Shown one piece after another: positions 10,272 to 23,124 of a stretch of 27,794 nt of DNA. The DNA comes from Rotaria socialis (lineage: Eukaryota). Made by a program: the position numbers and the translations under genes. The notes beneath the pieces were generated by a model. That model was not told the DNA's origin. It was given only the letters and a program-made list of their open reading frames with translations, and searched no databases. Location of the stretch: positions 186,001 to 213,794 of the forward strand of contig CAJNYD010000224.1 in the NCBI GenBank assembly GCA_905331295.1, given 5' to 3'. Position 1 is the stretch's first letter, and each line of letters opens with the position of its first letter.

Positions 10272-10358
10272 GATGGGTGTGGATGTTATTCTGTCCAAAC
10301 GCTCATCCATATGCACATTATACATGTAAATCCACACCCACACCCCACATCCACACTC
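10272..10358. repeat. GGGTGTGGATG ... (CCACAC)n inverted low-complexity repeat
   Basis: GATGGGTGTGGATG at 10272 is inverted relative to ATCCACACCCACACCCCACATCCACACTC at 10330-10358, which abuts the start of NHL homology. Confidence 0.6.
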
Positions 10359-10360
10359 GT

Positions 10361-11072
10361 AATGGATTGAATTCATTACAAAATCCTAGTGATGCCTTGA
10401 TTGACAAAGAGACGGATAGTCTTATCATTTGTGATCAATACAATAAACAAGTTTTACAGTGGTCTCTTCATGGTGACACAACTCAAGGAGAAATTATTCT
10501 GGACAACATTGATTGTTACGGTTTGGCTATGAACGATCATAGATGTCTTTATGTTTCTGATAGCGGAAAGTACGAAGTCAAACGATATCTACTCAGACAC
10601 AAAAATGGAATTCTGGTGGCTGGTGGCATTTGGAGAAGGAGATCGTCTCGATCAATTGAGTGAACCAACCTATACCTTTGTCGATAGACAGCAAGCTGTC
10701 TATGTCCCAGGCAAGAACAATCGTTGTGTAATGAAATGGGACAGATATGCAAAAGAAGGTATTGTCGTTGCTGGAGGCCAAGGTGAGGGAAGTGCTCTAG
10801 CACAATTAGCAAATCCTAGAGGAGTGTTCGTCGATAGTTTGGATAGACTCTATGTAGCAGATACGAACAACGATCGAGTGATGCGTTGGTCAAAAGGAGC
10901 GACACAAGGCACTGTTATTATGGGTGGCAATGGTGTAGGAGACAACGAAAATTAATTCGATGGCCCATTGGGCTGGTCATACGATCGACATGGTAATATC
11001 TATGTTGTCGACTACGATAACAATTGAGTCCAACACTTTTCAATCGAAAAACCTCCTCATGCAGATGTGTGA
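10361..11072 (+). pseudogene. 5'-truncated, intronless NHL-repeat (beta-propeller) pseudogene
   Basis: NHL blades LQNPSDALIDK, LYVSDSG, VVAGGQGEGSALAQLANPRGVFVD, LYVADTNNDRVMRW, DRHGNIYVVD. A +1 frameshift near 10628-10631 lies between the two tracked ORFs. In-frame TAA at 10953 (expected Q) and TGA at 11025 (expected R); final stop 11070-11072. Confidence 0.85.
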
Positions 11073-12150
11073 TTATTTCTGTTCTTTCTCGTCAGTTAAT
11101 TAAGATGAATGAAACACAGAAAAAGACATAGTAATTCTATCATTTCTTTTTTTAAATTTCTTCAATATTTATCTCTTCCCTTATTTTTGTCATGCCTTAT
11201 TCAATGGAATTTGCTTTTGTTCCCGGAAAACGGCAAGAAATTCAACATTGTCAGATATTAAAATTAGAGTGTATGAGAAATATAATTAAGCTACCTTCAT
11301 GCAGGCGTGGTTCTATTGTTTATCTGATTTCACTCACATGTAATTTCGATCTCACGCCAAAAATTTTCATCAGTATCCTCTTTAATTTTCTCTTCTTCAG
11401 AGTTTGCCAGCAGTTATTGTCCGTCGTTCAGTCAATCAAAAATATTCAATAAGAATCGATTTCAAATTTTCGAGTAAAACAATCATTTAGATAGTCTGAT
11501 GCTCATGAATGTTTTGGAGCAGAGAAAAACAGATGCACATAGACGAGAGATGAAAAATCTCAGGTACAATCTTTATTCGATTGATCTAGAAGAAATGAAA
11601 ATGATGCCTTGATCGATAATCAGATACTCATTGATATTGAAGTTCGGAACAACACATGAAACTACTGTTCATGCAATGAAGGATGCACGAACATGATCAA
11701 TTATACTTCTACGACTATTATCAACTTCTTCCAGTGAAAATATAATTCTTGTCAATCGCTGGAGTTGCTGGAGGAGACATTATCGAAAAATATTCCAATA
11801 AATCAACGTATCAATTTGAATTCAATCGCTTATGGAGCTCATCAGGTAATACAATATAGCCTTGTTAAAAATCTAGACTAATGAAAAATCAAGTTAGGAG
11901 AAATAAATAAATTTATTATTTTCAAATATAATATAAAACCACACAAAAATCACACAAATTGTAAAATTTCTTATGTATACTTGTATAGATAGTGAGAAGA
12001 TGGATTTATCAGAGTATCTGTTGCTAAACAATTGAACCACAATGACAGACACTAGTTCATACCGTAGATTCGATGTAAATTTAAAGGCAAAAAGGTGACA
12101 TTACACCAATGGGTCCTTTTAAAGAATTTTATGACATAAAACATCACAAA

Positions 12151-15100
12151 CTATGAAAGTGCAGTAGTATCAAATGAACTAAAACTACCCTGTGTTCGTA
12201 GATTTCGAAGTAGATCTTGATTATTTTTAACTGGCAAAGGTCCAGGTAATAAAGAACTGTGTTGTGAAATAGCAGCAATGGATTTTGTTTTCGATTGTAT
12301 TGATATACTTTCAGGTTCTAAATGTCGTCGTAATTGATCATAATAAAATGAACGCATACTCTCAATGCTTGTACGTTCATCCGCCTAAAATCAAATTCAT
12401 CAAGATTAATTATTTTCAAAATTAAAAGAAAAAAAAGATATTACGGATTGTATAAGTCGTGTTATTAAAAGTCTTGAACCATCAGGCATTCTTTTGGAAT
12501 AATTCGATTGTTGTGCTAAACGTTCTTCTCTCGAAACGGATTGTTCAATAATCAACATTATCTTGGCCCATTGTCGAAGCCATTCTTTCTTTCGTTCATT
12601 TACCATAGCATATGTGTTACCCATCACTAAACAAAGACGAATTTATTGACGAAAATCAAAATTTTCTAAACATACTAGCGATAAGCATATTAACAAGAAG
12701 TACTGCTGCGATGACAATGTAAGTGATGAACCAAATCTAGAATATTTATTAAATATGGCAAATGCTTTTTCGTTGATTCTATTTACTTTTCCAATTATTT
12801 GAATGCCAATAATTGGATGTCGATTGAAATTTTCATAAGCATCTGTAACTTGTTGTAATGTAACACAAAACATATGAAAAAATGTTTCAATAACAGTTGC
12901 AAAGTCATTTTCACAATGGACGCGAACAAATAAAACATGAAGTGCTTGTGTAAAACCAGCCATAAAAACAAGAAATATTAAACAAAATCGTAATAAATCT
13001 CCGCGAATCATTGTATAGATCATGACAACAAATGGGCCTGTTGTTCGAAAACCACTTTATAAGGATGCAAAGAAAAAACAATGAATAAGTATTATTCAAG
13101 AAAATGAATTCTTTTGTTTTTAAACAGCTTACCGACAAAAAAAGAAAAAATAAGGTGCTCGTGTAAGTATTGCAAATACACAAAGAACATCATCAACAAT
13201 AATTGAACAAGTAAATCGAGCTGGCAACATTGCTATTGTTAATACACAAGAGAACAGAAATAAGACGCGTGTTGGATCATTGAGATATATAAATGAGCCT
13301 AATTTAAAATTTTGATAGGAAAATTCTTGTATTGTAAGTATTAGATAGATCAATGCACCAAGAACACTTAAACCATCAAAAATATTTAAAAGCTATAAAA
13401 ACAAAAACAAATAGTATTCGATCGGTTTTTTTGCATCCACTCTTCTCTTACTATAGCTTTTGGTTCAAATATTCGGTTGTTATTCTCATCATCACTAGGA
13501 TATAATTTCGAACTATTACTCGATATGGTTTGATGATCATCACCAACATTAGGTTTATGCAATCGAAAATTTGTATAATGACATTTACAATCCATCCGAT
13601 TGGCTATGGTTGATTTGACTCTATTTTCATCTTTATCAATAACTTCTTCTATGAGACACGATTGTGGTACACGATAATAACCACGAATAATTAATCCAAT
13701 CAAACATATAGCAAAATAAAAGCTAAACATTGCCATACGTTGAAAAAATCTATCGAAAAGTTTTGTTTTTTCAATAAGAAAAAAAGTGAGGAAAAAAGCA
13801 ACGGTTTACTTGAATTTGATAAATGTACGCCATTTTTCATTCAATAATTGTACGATCAAACCATCCATCATATCTAAATGGCCAGCTGATTCCTATGGAA
13901 TGGAATCGGATGATTCATCAATATTTAGTAAAGTTGTTTTTTTCCATTTCGTACTTACCCCGCGAACTATAATGTTAAGTGCACTTGTATCATCTAAAGA
14001 ACCATCTTTTCCAATGGTATCAATATCGTCTAATGGATAACCAGCACACGTCACATTTCCATATTGCCAATAGATGATACGAGTTTTTTGTAAAATATGA
14101 TCAAACATCTAATGAGATTTTTAATATTTGTTTACTTCCCGTGTTTAATTCAATTGTTTTCTTACTTCTTTGCCTGCTTTAACAGCTGCCAATGTTAGCG
14201 GTGTTAAACCTTGACGATTCTTTATATCTAATGTTCCACCTAATTCATAAATTAAATCCACCATACTCTATTCGAGACAAAAAATTAATTGAATCTCTTT
14301 TCAACATCCATTTTTCAGTCAAGAACATTCAAATAATATGAATTTTTTCAAGTTTTGATATCTCCTATCGCTAATGAAGAGATTAAAACTATGCATAACT
14401 TATCGAATTAACAGTCTCATATGATTTGAATTGTCGTTGACTTAATATAGAAAAACGAAAACAAACGAAAGACTTACAATTCGATTGTAAATAACACACA
14501 TATGTAAAGCAGTATTTCCATTAGAATCTTGACAGTTCGTATCAGCACCTTTTGCAACTAATAATCTTACTGATTCTTCTTGCTGTAGAACAGCCGCAAA
14601 TGAAAGTGGATATTCACCAAAATAACAATAACCTTCATAATTTGTTGCTACACTCACTTCAGGACACTCTCTTGCTACATTATCCACGCTAACAACATTT
14701 GAAAAAGAAAACATTTTATGAATAGCACTTGAAATATTTCCGTTTTCCACTTACCGACTCGATTTTTGATCTTCTGGACAGAAAAATTTTCCACAACATC
14801 TTTGTGTAAAATCGACGCCAGCATCAAGTAAAAATTTAACTGTTGCCGGTTCTTCATTAACAATGGCAATATGAAGGACATTTTCACCTGACAATTAAAC
14901 AATAAATAACATCTCCGCGATAAAGAAAACAAAATAAACGCAACGAACCGTAATATTCATCGCCCATATATAAATCATCAATTAATCTTGGATAATATCT
15001 TAGAAGTCTTTTAGCTAAAGCTGAATGAACAGGACTTGATGAAAGAAAACAAATATGAAGAATATGTTCACCAACACCACCACGTAAATCAAGATCCCAA

Positions 15101-15615
15101 CAAACATGCTTTGTTTCTTCACCTAAATTGGTTGAACAAAAAAAAAAGAACTGTTTCCAGTTTTATTTCAAACAATATAAAATTCACAATTTATATCTTC
15201 TTCATCGATTGTTTTAGCAATTGGAATAATACTTTTTAATTTACTATAAGTATTATTTCGTCGTTTGACAATTTCACTTATTGTAACCTACAAAAATCAA
15301 CACGAAAATTCTTGAATTTTTGCTTCGCAAATTATTTTACCAATTTTCCATCACCACTATTATAGAGAAATCTTGGAATATGTTCATGAATAAGTGCATC
15401 GATCTGTGTATAATCTTTAGTTCGATTAGCTACACGCATAACATCGATAAATTCACCGCTTCCCTAAAAATTTCTTTTTGATGTTTCAAACGATAAACGT
15501 GAGCGAAAACTAAATTTACTTTTAAATCAACAAATCGATAAAGTTCAGGACCTTGCCCATCCGAATTTATCTGAGCTTTTACACCCGAAGCAACTTCTGA
15601 TGTTGTATTGCCCAT
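12151..15615 (-). CDS. nan: TRPV cation channel, Nanchung/OCR-like, 15 coding exons, ~824 aa
   Basis: Exons 15615-15520, 15463-15341, 15287-15188, 15122-14949, 14887-14755, 14688-14478, 14267-14166, 14108-13959, 13892-13810, 13749-13452, 13392-13133, 13054-12787, 12736-12676, 12626-12445 and 12384-12151, all GT-AG, total 2475 nt in frame. N-terminus [24 protein letters not shown] resembles Nanchung. Ankyrin repeats ([43 protein letters not shown]), [41 protein letters not shown] box WLRQWAKI. Confidence 0.93.
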
Positions 15616-16588
15616 TATTGTCAGCTAAATACTGTTAAGAAAAGAACAAGAATAGACCGATGTCGATCGTGATTGAGCCGGAATATTCAATTGAATGTTT
15701 ACCGGTGTTGACGGAGAGAAAAAAGAAGAAGAAGCGAAGAGTGAGAAAAAAATGGCTTAAAAAACGTAGTATACTTGCCCGTAATTGGAGTAAGTGTCGC
15801 ATTGTGTTAGAATAAGCGAGACGGCAACGTGTGGAAAGTTGAATAAAAGAAAAAGTTTTTACTTGTCACCTAAAGAAATTAAAAGAGAAAAAGCGACAAT
15901 CGATTAGAATCGCACATTTATGGTTGATAACAATGTCTTGCTCTTTTGAGAAAATAAGTTCACCCTGAAAATATGACAGTAGGAGAAAGATTTCTATATC
16001 AATTGAATCAATAATATTAATTTGTTTTTGCCTTAATGCTTCTTTGAAAAGGACCGAGAGCGCTTCGTTTGTTCAAGGTTTTGATAAAAGCAAGATAAAG
16101 AAAAATCATACTGTAGTTGTTCTAGCTTTTTCTTCGGTATTTTACCATTTTTAGAATGTTTTGCCTTAATCCGTAAATGCAATTTCCGTTTAATTAAAGT
16201 ATTATTTACTTAGAAACCTAGCGTATTGATTAAAGAAGTAATATAAGCCGTTGGAAGAAGACAAGAGAAAGCAAAACAATCGATTACTGCTATCCGATAA
16301 ATTCTTTTCAATTGTCTAACATTTTTTCACTTCTCATTAAAAATATTCTAGTTGACTGAATTGATTAATGACATTCAATACTTTTCTTCAGCAAAATCGA
16401 AGGGATAATTTATAAAAGTGAACCTATATCCAGAGTTCAATCTCTTCAGCATCATATAAATATATATATATATATTATTATAAAAATAAGATCATAAATC
16501 GAATCTTTCATTTATTCTTAAAATTTCAAAAATAAAAACACTGACAAAACATATTTTACAATAAAAACTAACATTGGAATGTTGAATA

Positions 16589-19476
16589 TTAAACGTTTGT
16601 TTGACTGGAATATTTATACTAAAAGAGAGAAAAAATAGAAGAATATTACAAAGATTTCGACAGAAATCATGCTGTTATACAAACCATTTGATCTTGTAAT
16701 AATTTAATTGTTTGTTTATCTTGTTCTCTTTCTTTACGTAATATAATAATTTCCTTCAAAACGAATTATTTGTCATGTTTATCAGAATAGAAAAATTTAT
16801 TTTCTTACTTTCACTAAATCATCATAAGTAGAATTTTCATCAATTGAATTTCGTAGATTACCATCCATACTACTCGTTGAATAATGTCTTGAGCCGAGCA
16901 TAGTTTCATGAAATGAACCAATCATTGAATCCTAGAATAGTTCGAGTAAAATAAATTTTGTCTTCTCAATTCAATAAAGAAAAAGAAACACCGACCGTCA
17001 TATTAGTACCATCTGAATGTTTTAGTAATCGATCAAGTTGATGAAAAATCGTCTTAACAACCGTAACATCTTTCATGACTTGTCGATAGGCTTCAATATC
17101 CATTATGATTTGTTCACCATCTTCACGTGGTGGCAATGAAGTTGCCGGTGGTTTTAATGAAACTGAACGTGCTAATAATCTTCTAAAATATTAACAATCA
17201 ACTTGAAAATATTCAATTACATATTGAATGAATCAAGAGCAGCATTTGTTAACCTTTGAGTGCACTCAATAATAGTTATTAGAATGACTGAGCAATGAGA
17301 TATCAGCATTTGCATATATGAAAATGAATAACTCACCAGGGAAATCAAAGCAATCATTTTTCGAAAGGAATTTTCGAAGTTAAAAACATTCGTTCATCTT
17401 ACCGATTATGTTCACCGTCCATTGCATTATCCATTCGATTACTCAATTGCGTCAATTCATCGAGTGATTCTCGAAGACTAGCATTTATTTTATCAGTCGG
17501 CGAACTTTTTGCTATAGTTGTTGGTCGATTTTCTTTGGACGCTGACTGTAATAATGGAGCAGTTGGTTTTACTACTGTAATTGATGTTGGCATGGATGAT
17601 TTTTTATTTATTTCAATAGATAATGACGTCGATGAAAATGAGTCTGTTCGTTCACTGGACAAATTCAAATGCATACATACAAGTTATTTGAAGAAAAAAC
17701 AAAAGACAGATTTAGTCTTACTTTTTACTAACAGATTCAAGTGTTAATGTATCATCATAGTCACAGATTAAATCATCTGACTTTAGACTACAATTTTCAT
17801 CGTCAAGAAATGCATCATTATGTAATACGTCGGATGAATGTGACGATGATGATAATGTACTTGGCGCTCGTTGTCGTTGTCGATTAATTTGAGAATAGTG
17901 TACAGATGGTAAACGATTTACAGGTGGTGTTACACTGGCGTAAGCAGAGTCACCATGTGAAGAAGACGCTTGTTGAGAGGAGTCAGTTTTCAAATCATCA
18001 GTCTATAAAAAAAAAAAAAAAGAAGTAGAATTATCTTCTATCGATACCAAAAAGAAACTCGTTTTGATCTTACTTGATGATAAATTGGACTATTTGTTGT
18101 ATGTTCATCAGTAGATGTTGTTTCGTTTTTATCTTCTTTTATTGCTGAAGGAGATCTATGCGAATTAGGTATTGAAGTACGTCTTCCATAGAAAGGTATA
18201 CGTTTTGATGATTTATATCGATCACGAATCGCATTAACATTTGTTTTTGTAGGCGGAACAGTAGGCGTAGATAAAGATGATGATGCTGTTGAAATTTGTG
18301 AAGGTGCGTTTGAACGCAAACGATTAGATATTGTCAATTTGGATGGCACGGAATCTTTAGTGTTGTGAGAAGAAGAAACTATTTTAGATTTAGATGATTG
18401 ATTAATATTTGAAGACGAAGAAGGAACTGATCGATTTGTTGTCGTTTTTGGTATTGTTTGAGTTTTTGTTAAACGTTGAGAAACAGTAGTTGAAGCAGAG
18501 TTAACACTTATCGTTGATGATGGACTAACTGAACGACTACGTGTTACAAGTGATGGTGTTTGTGCTTGTTGTAAACCGGATGCTATGGGTCGTGGTATAA
18601 AACCAGGTCGATGTTGTGCGCTATTTGGTACAGTTGAAGTAGGTGGTGCACGATTTGTTGTTGACATTGGTCGAGTCAAAACTATAAATTTAATACAATA
18701 ATAATTATAGAAAACAAGTGTTAAATGATCAATGTCGAAGTAAAATTTATCAACAGAAAAAAAACAAGTAATGTGTCGATTGGTAAATGTTAACCTTTTA
18801 TGGGCATTCTTGTTGCTTTTCCTGTCATTGTTCCTCGGTGAAGAAGCGTAGTAGAAAAGAAAAAAAAGAGAAGAAGACAGTATGAAAAAATTCTGGAATG
18901 GAAGAAGAGAAAGAAAAGAAGAGAAAGAAAGACTCATGGCTGTTGTCGATGGCAAAATGCAGAACTAGCTATTTCTTTCATGAGTCATACAGTAGCTCAA
19001 CATGGGATTGGAGCAAGCAAGAACGATTCCAAAACGGAGACATTACCTGGTTGATTAGTTGTACCAACTGTAGTGGCAACATTTTTAGATGGTAAATGTC
19101 CTGTTGATGATTGTGTTTGTTGAGTAGACAATCGACTTTTTGCCAGTGGAATACGAGTTGGAACATGTGATACAAACGATGAGGATGACATCCAACTGCT
19201 TCTATCTGAATTGTTTATATTTGGTAAATATAATTGTATTAAACTGTTCGAATTAATTGGATGAAAAATAGGATCTTTTAATGAAGACGATTGAACATCG
19301 AAATTCGATGTCGAAGGATGTGAACGTTGAGGTTGATGATTATTTGGAAATCGATTTACTGGTAAAAGCGAAATTTGTTTACTATCAAGTGTAAATGAGT
19401 TCTTCAATGGAATTCGTCTATGCAGTTGTTGATGATCTTTCTGCCGATGTCTTGTCGTTGATGTGCAAGTACCCAT
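16589..19476 (-). CDS. Ser/Thr-rich protein with C-terminal coiled coil, CCSER1/2 (FAM190)-like, ~659 aa
   Basis: Exons 19476-19047, 18681-18074, 18002-17722, 17654-17403, 17182-16996, 16931-16809, 16753-16685 and 16618-16589 join in frame (1980 nt). Long S/T/P-rich region, acidic block CSLKSDDLICDYDD, and YRQVMKDVTVVKTIFHQLDRLLKHSDG resembling the CCSER conserved helix as I recall it, then coiled coil LRKEREQDKQTIKLLQDQM. The first and last exons are less certain. Confidence 0.7.
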
Positions 19477-22310
19477 CAGCGACCTATATCGTAAAATAAA
19501 TCAAAGAAAGAAAAACTAAACTAAACTAACAATTGTTATACTAATAATTCATGTAAGAATTTCATTTTTCTCGATTCAAATGTTAGCAATTTCAATTCAT
19601 CGTTTTAACAGATGATCACTAGTAATTCAATAATCTCCATATACTTTATTCACTATTTTCTTCAATCATATTCCCATTCATTTAACCCGACAACCTTCAT
19701 ACATACTCGAATTGCTTCAATATTCCATAAGAGAAAAATTACAAAATGCTTATATACATATATGAAGCAAGAGAATATTGCCTCAGAAGAGAAAACGAAA
19801 AGTAGTAGTTACTTAAATTCCCTCATCGCTTAGTCTCTCGTAATTGAAAATCGTTTATGTCAACAAAAAGAATTGCTTTTAAGAGATGCATCCTATTCGA
19901 AATAGCACAGAGAGAAAATGCAGTACATCATAGATACATGTAATGCACAATAGTTATTTTATTAGAAGAAAAACAAAAAGAATAACTCGAGTATATAAAG
20001 TAGAAAAAAAACAATAGCTCCCAGCAATTCAATACCTTGGATTTTACAATATCGAACATGTCGTTGTTGTTTATCTTTATCAAAAAGGTATCTAACGATG
20101 AAGGCAAATCTAAAGACTGCCTTGTGTATACGTAATCATATCATTGAAAAAAAGAGTGTAATAGTGTAGGTAACGTAAAGGCGGTTCGCTCGAGAGATAA
20201 ACAAAAAAAAACGAAATAATACTTTGTCCTTAATATCTTTTTCACGTCGTAAAGCAAAGCAATAAAAAGAGAAAAAATAGTGGCACAACGAAGACGATAC
20301 AAAAAAATTATATTATTATTGTGCTGCCATTCGACAAAACAGAAAGCCAAAAAAAAATAACGAATATGATTCTATCATTAGACTCAATAATATAGTTACT
20401 CTTAATCTGTATTATTAATACATAATGATAGATATTTTATTTTAGTTAGTATAACCTTCAAAAAGAAAAGTATGTGTACTGTCGATTTCCTATTAATGTG
20501 AAAATCAATTTGTTTAGATGGATTGCACCAGCTGATTTTTATGGAAGTTAAATATAGGCAGCCTTGCACTTCTATTCAAATGAGCCATAAAAATGAGTTT
20601 TTAAATACATTCATTCGCAAGAAAAAAAGAAATTCACTAACATAAGACCTTTACAACACAATCGACTTACCTATTGAACTTGTTTTATTTCCAATGTAAA
20701 AGTGTTTTATTAAGAGTACATTAGGTTATTCTATAATCAATTGATTATAAGTTTTGATAACAGCAACGAATATTCGAACATCGTCAATATTAAATAAAGC
20801 GATAGCAAGATCAACGTACGACTTGTGTCAGATGATAAGAATGTGTCGAGATGTCTGTCTTGTTTGTGCATAGAGTTCAAAAATGAAAATCAACTCGTAA
20901 TGCACTATTCAATTTCAATAGAATGCCACGAATAAATAGAAATGTTAATGCATGAAACCAGAAAAGAAAATGATGGGATATTGATTGTAATAAGAACGCA
21001 GCCATGGTCGAAGTGATATTATAAAGTAAACACCGATACATTGAATGAGCGTTTGAGTGAGCATATGAATGTATGTATATATGTGTGTATACAAAGAAAT
21101 CGGACCAACAAAGTGTGAGATATAGTGAAGAGAAGGAGAAGAAAAGAAAACGATGGAGTGTTTTGATGATGTGTATGTGAAAGTAATTAAAGATGAAAAT
21201 GGCAAAAAGTGAGTGTGAAATGATGGACAAAGGTCGTATATAAAGACACGCACATCTATAGACAGAGACAATCAAGAGTTTATCTGATGTCTATATAAAT
21301 GAAGTATATGAAAGCTTTCATTTGTCGACGATCAAAAAATAACAAAAACGAAGTCATTTTCGTCGGGAGTAAAAGAAAATAATAAAATTTGAGATTAATT
21401 AATTTTGACAATCATTCAAATTGGCTGTGAAGATAAAAAAGGAATATTTAATTGTTTATCTTTGTTCGTTAGAAAATCAATTGAACAGGGCTAGTGAAGA
21501 TTATTTCTTGTGATAATTCTTGTATCAACCATTGAACATTGAATTAAAAGTAATGATAGGGCAGTCTATGTTATGATTACAATTTTGTCATAGTAAATTA
21601 ATTAAGCAGTTTGTTTTTATTCGCTCTTAAAAAATCAACCGTAATGTACACGGTTAATGTGATTTTAAAAATATTCGATTTAATAACAGGCGACTTTTTA
21701 GTTCCACTTTGTAGATTATGAAGTGCGACTCAGCGTTCATATAAAGTAACATTATTATGGTCTCCCATAAAATATCATATCGTTTATAATTTTCTTTCTC
21801 GTCCATAATAACGTTGAAATTTCTTTTTTTGACAATCTTTCAAATAAAGTAAATTTCTTGTCAAGGTTTTCAGATTGAGATCAGACACAAATCCAACTTA
21901 ATTCAACGTCTTAACATGCATTTACTCCGAAAGAAAATGAAATATTACCCGCCGAACCATTGAAAACAAGACATTAAAATGAGTATCAGATTTACTTATA
22001 TGAAGTTTTGTATGGATTTTTTTTTTTGGTTGAAATATTATAGTTTGAACGAAGGTTGCAAGTTGAAATTTTCATAGGAAAAAAATGACTCTATTCAACG
22101 AGAAAACTCTCTAATTGATACCCATCGTTTGAATAACTTCTGACTGAAACGTTGAGTTTTCTTGAATTCAATATCATTGAAATTTAATATTTCTTTTGAT
22201 TGTTCTTAGAAGAAAAAAACAACAACAAGCAATCTTTTATTTATATTAGACAAAATTTCTCTATTACAAAATCAATGGACGGCCTAATAGACTATCAGTG
22301 AATAAATAGA

Positions 22311-23124
22311 TTATTGTGCATTATTTTTTTTACGTTGCCGTTCTTTTGCTTTAAGTTCAAATGTAATATTCAATGTTACATGTACAACTATTGTTTTTGC
22401 ATCAATTAAATTTTGAAATGATGTGGGTTGCCCGGAAACAGCTAGGGCACCTTCTTTTTCTTGGTAGTTTTCTTCGGTTATCTGTACGGCTTTTGCAACA
22501 TGAAGACCAACTGTTCGAGCGATATCTTCCGCTGTATGTTTAGCATTACGAACGGCTTGTACACTTGCTTGACGTCTAAAAACAAGAACAACATTTTCTA
22601 TGATGGATTTCTTCATTGATTTACTTGATATTTTCAAGTCGAAGTGTTGAATGAGAAAATACTGGATCAAGAACACGTACAACAGGTGCATCGAGCTTTT
22701 CAACTAATATATTATGACAATTTTGATAACATTGTATATCAACAAATATTGCTGTTATTTCAGTCATAGCTTCAAACATTGTGTCACGACGTGTTACAGA
22801 TCTAGCAATCGATTTATCGGCGTCTTTAACTCCATAGTTTCGTAGGGTTTGTTCGACATATTTTAGTCGACGTTCAACACTTGTTTTAGCTTCATTAGCA
22901 TTTGATTTTGTACTTGTAATAATGACAATTAATTTAACTCGATCAGGTGGTAACGAAAATTCACCCATACCTGAAACAGTTATTTGACGACGAGAATCCG
23001 TATCGGAAAATATTAATGCACCGCGCATTTGTTCTTCGGAATAAATACGATTTTTTGGAATAAGACCAAGAGTTGTTGCGGGTCGTTTGGATGTGATAAA
23101 AGCTAAGTTTTCTTCTCGACGCAT
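22311..23124 (-). CDS. IRAK1BP1: SIMPL/DUF541-domain protein, IRAK1-binding protein 1-like, 254 aa
   Basis: Exons 23124-22625 and 22575-22311 (49-nt GT-AG intron). Motifs RQITVSGMGEFSLPPDRV, EAKTSVERRLKYVEQTLRN, CHNILVEKLD, RQASVQAVRNAKHTAEDIA..VG, TLNITFEL. Confidence 0.85.

Noticed and set aside
18682..18955. Hydrophobic N-terminus of the 305-aa ORF as a signal or TM segment
   Set aside because: It is T-rich intron sequence upstream of the AG acceptor at 18682; the upstream exon splices in frame.
20141..21275. F/I/L/H-rich minus-strand ORFs
   Set aside because: Translations of low-complexity purine-rich intergenic or UTR sequence; overlapping frames and no motifs.
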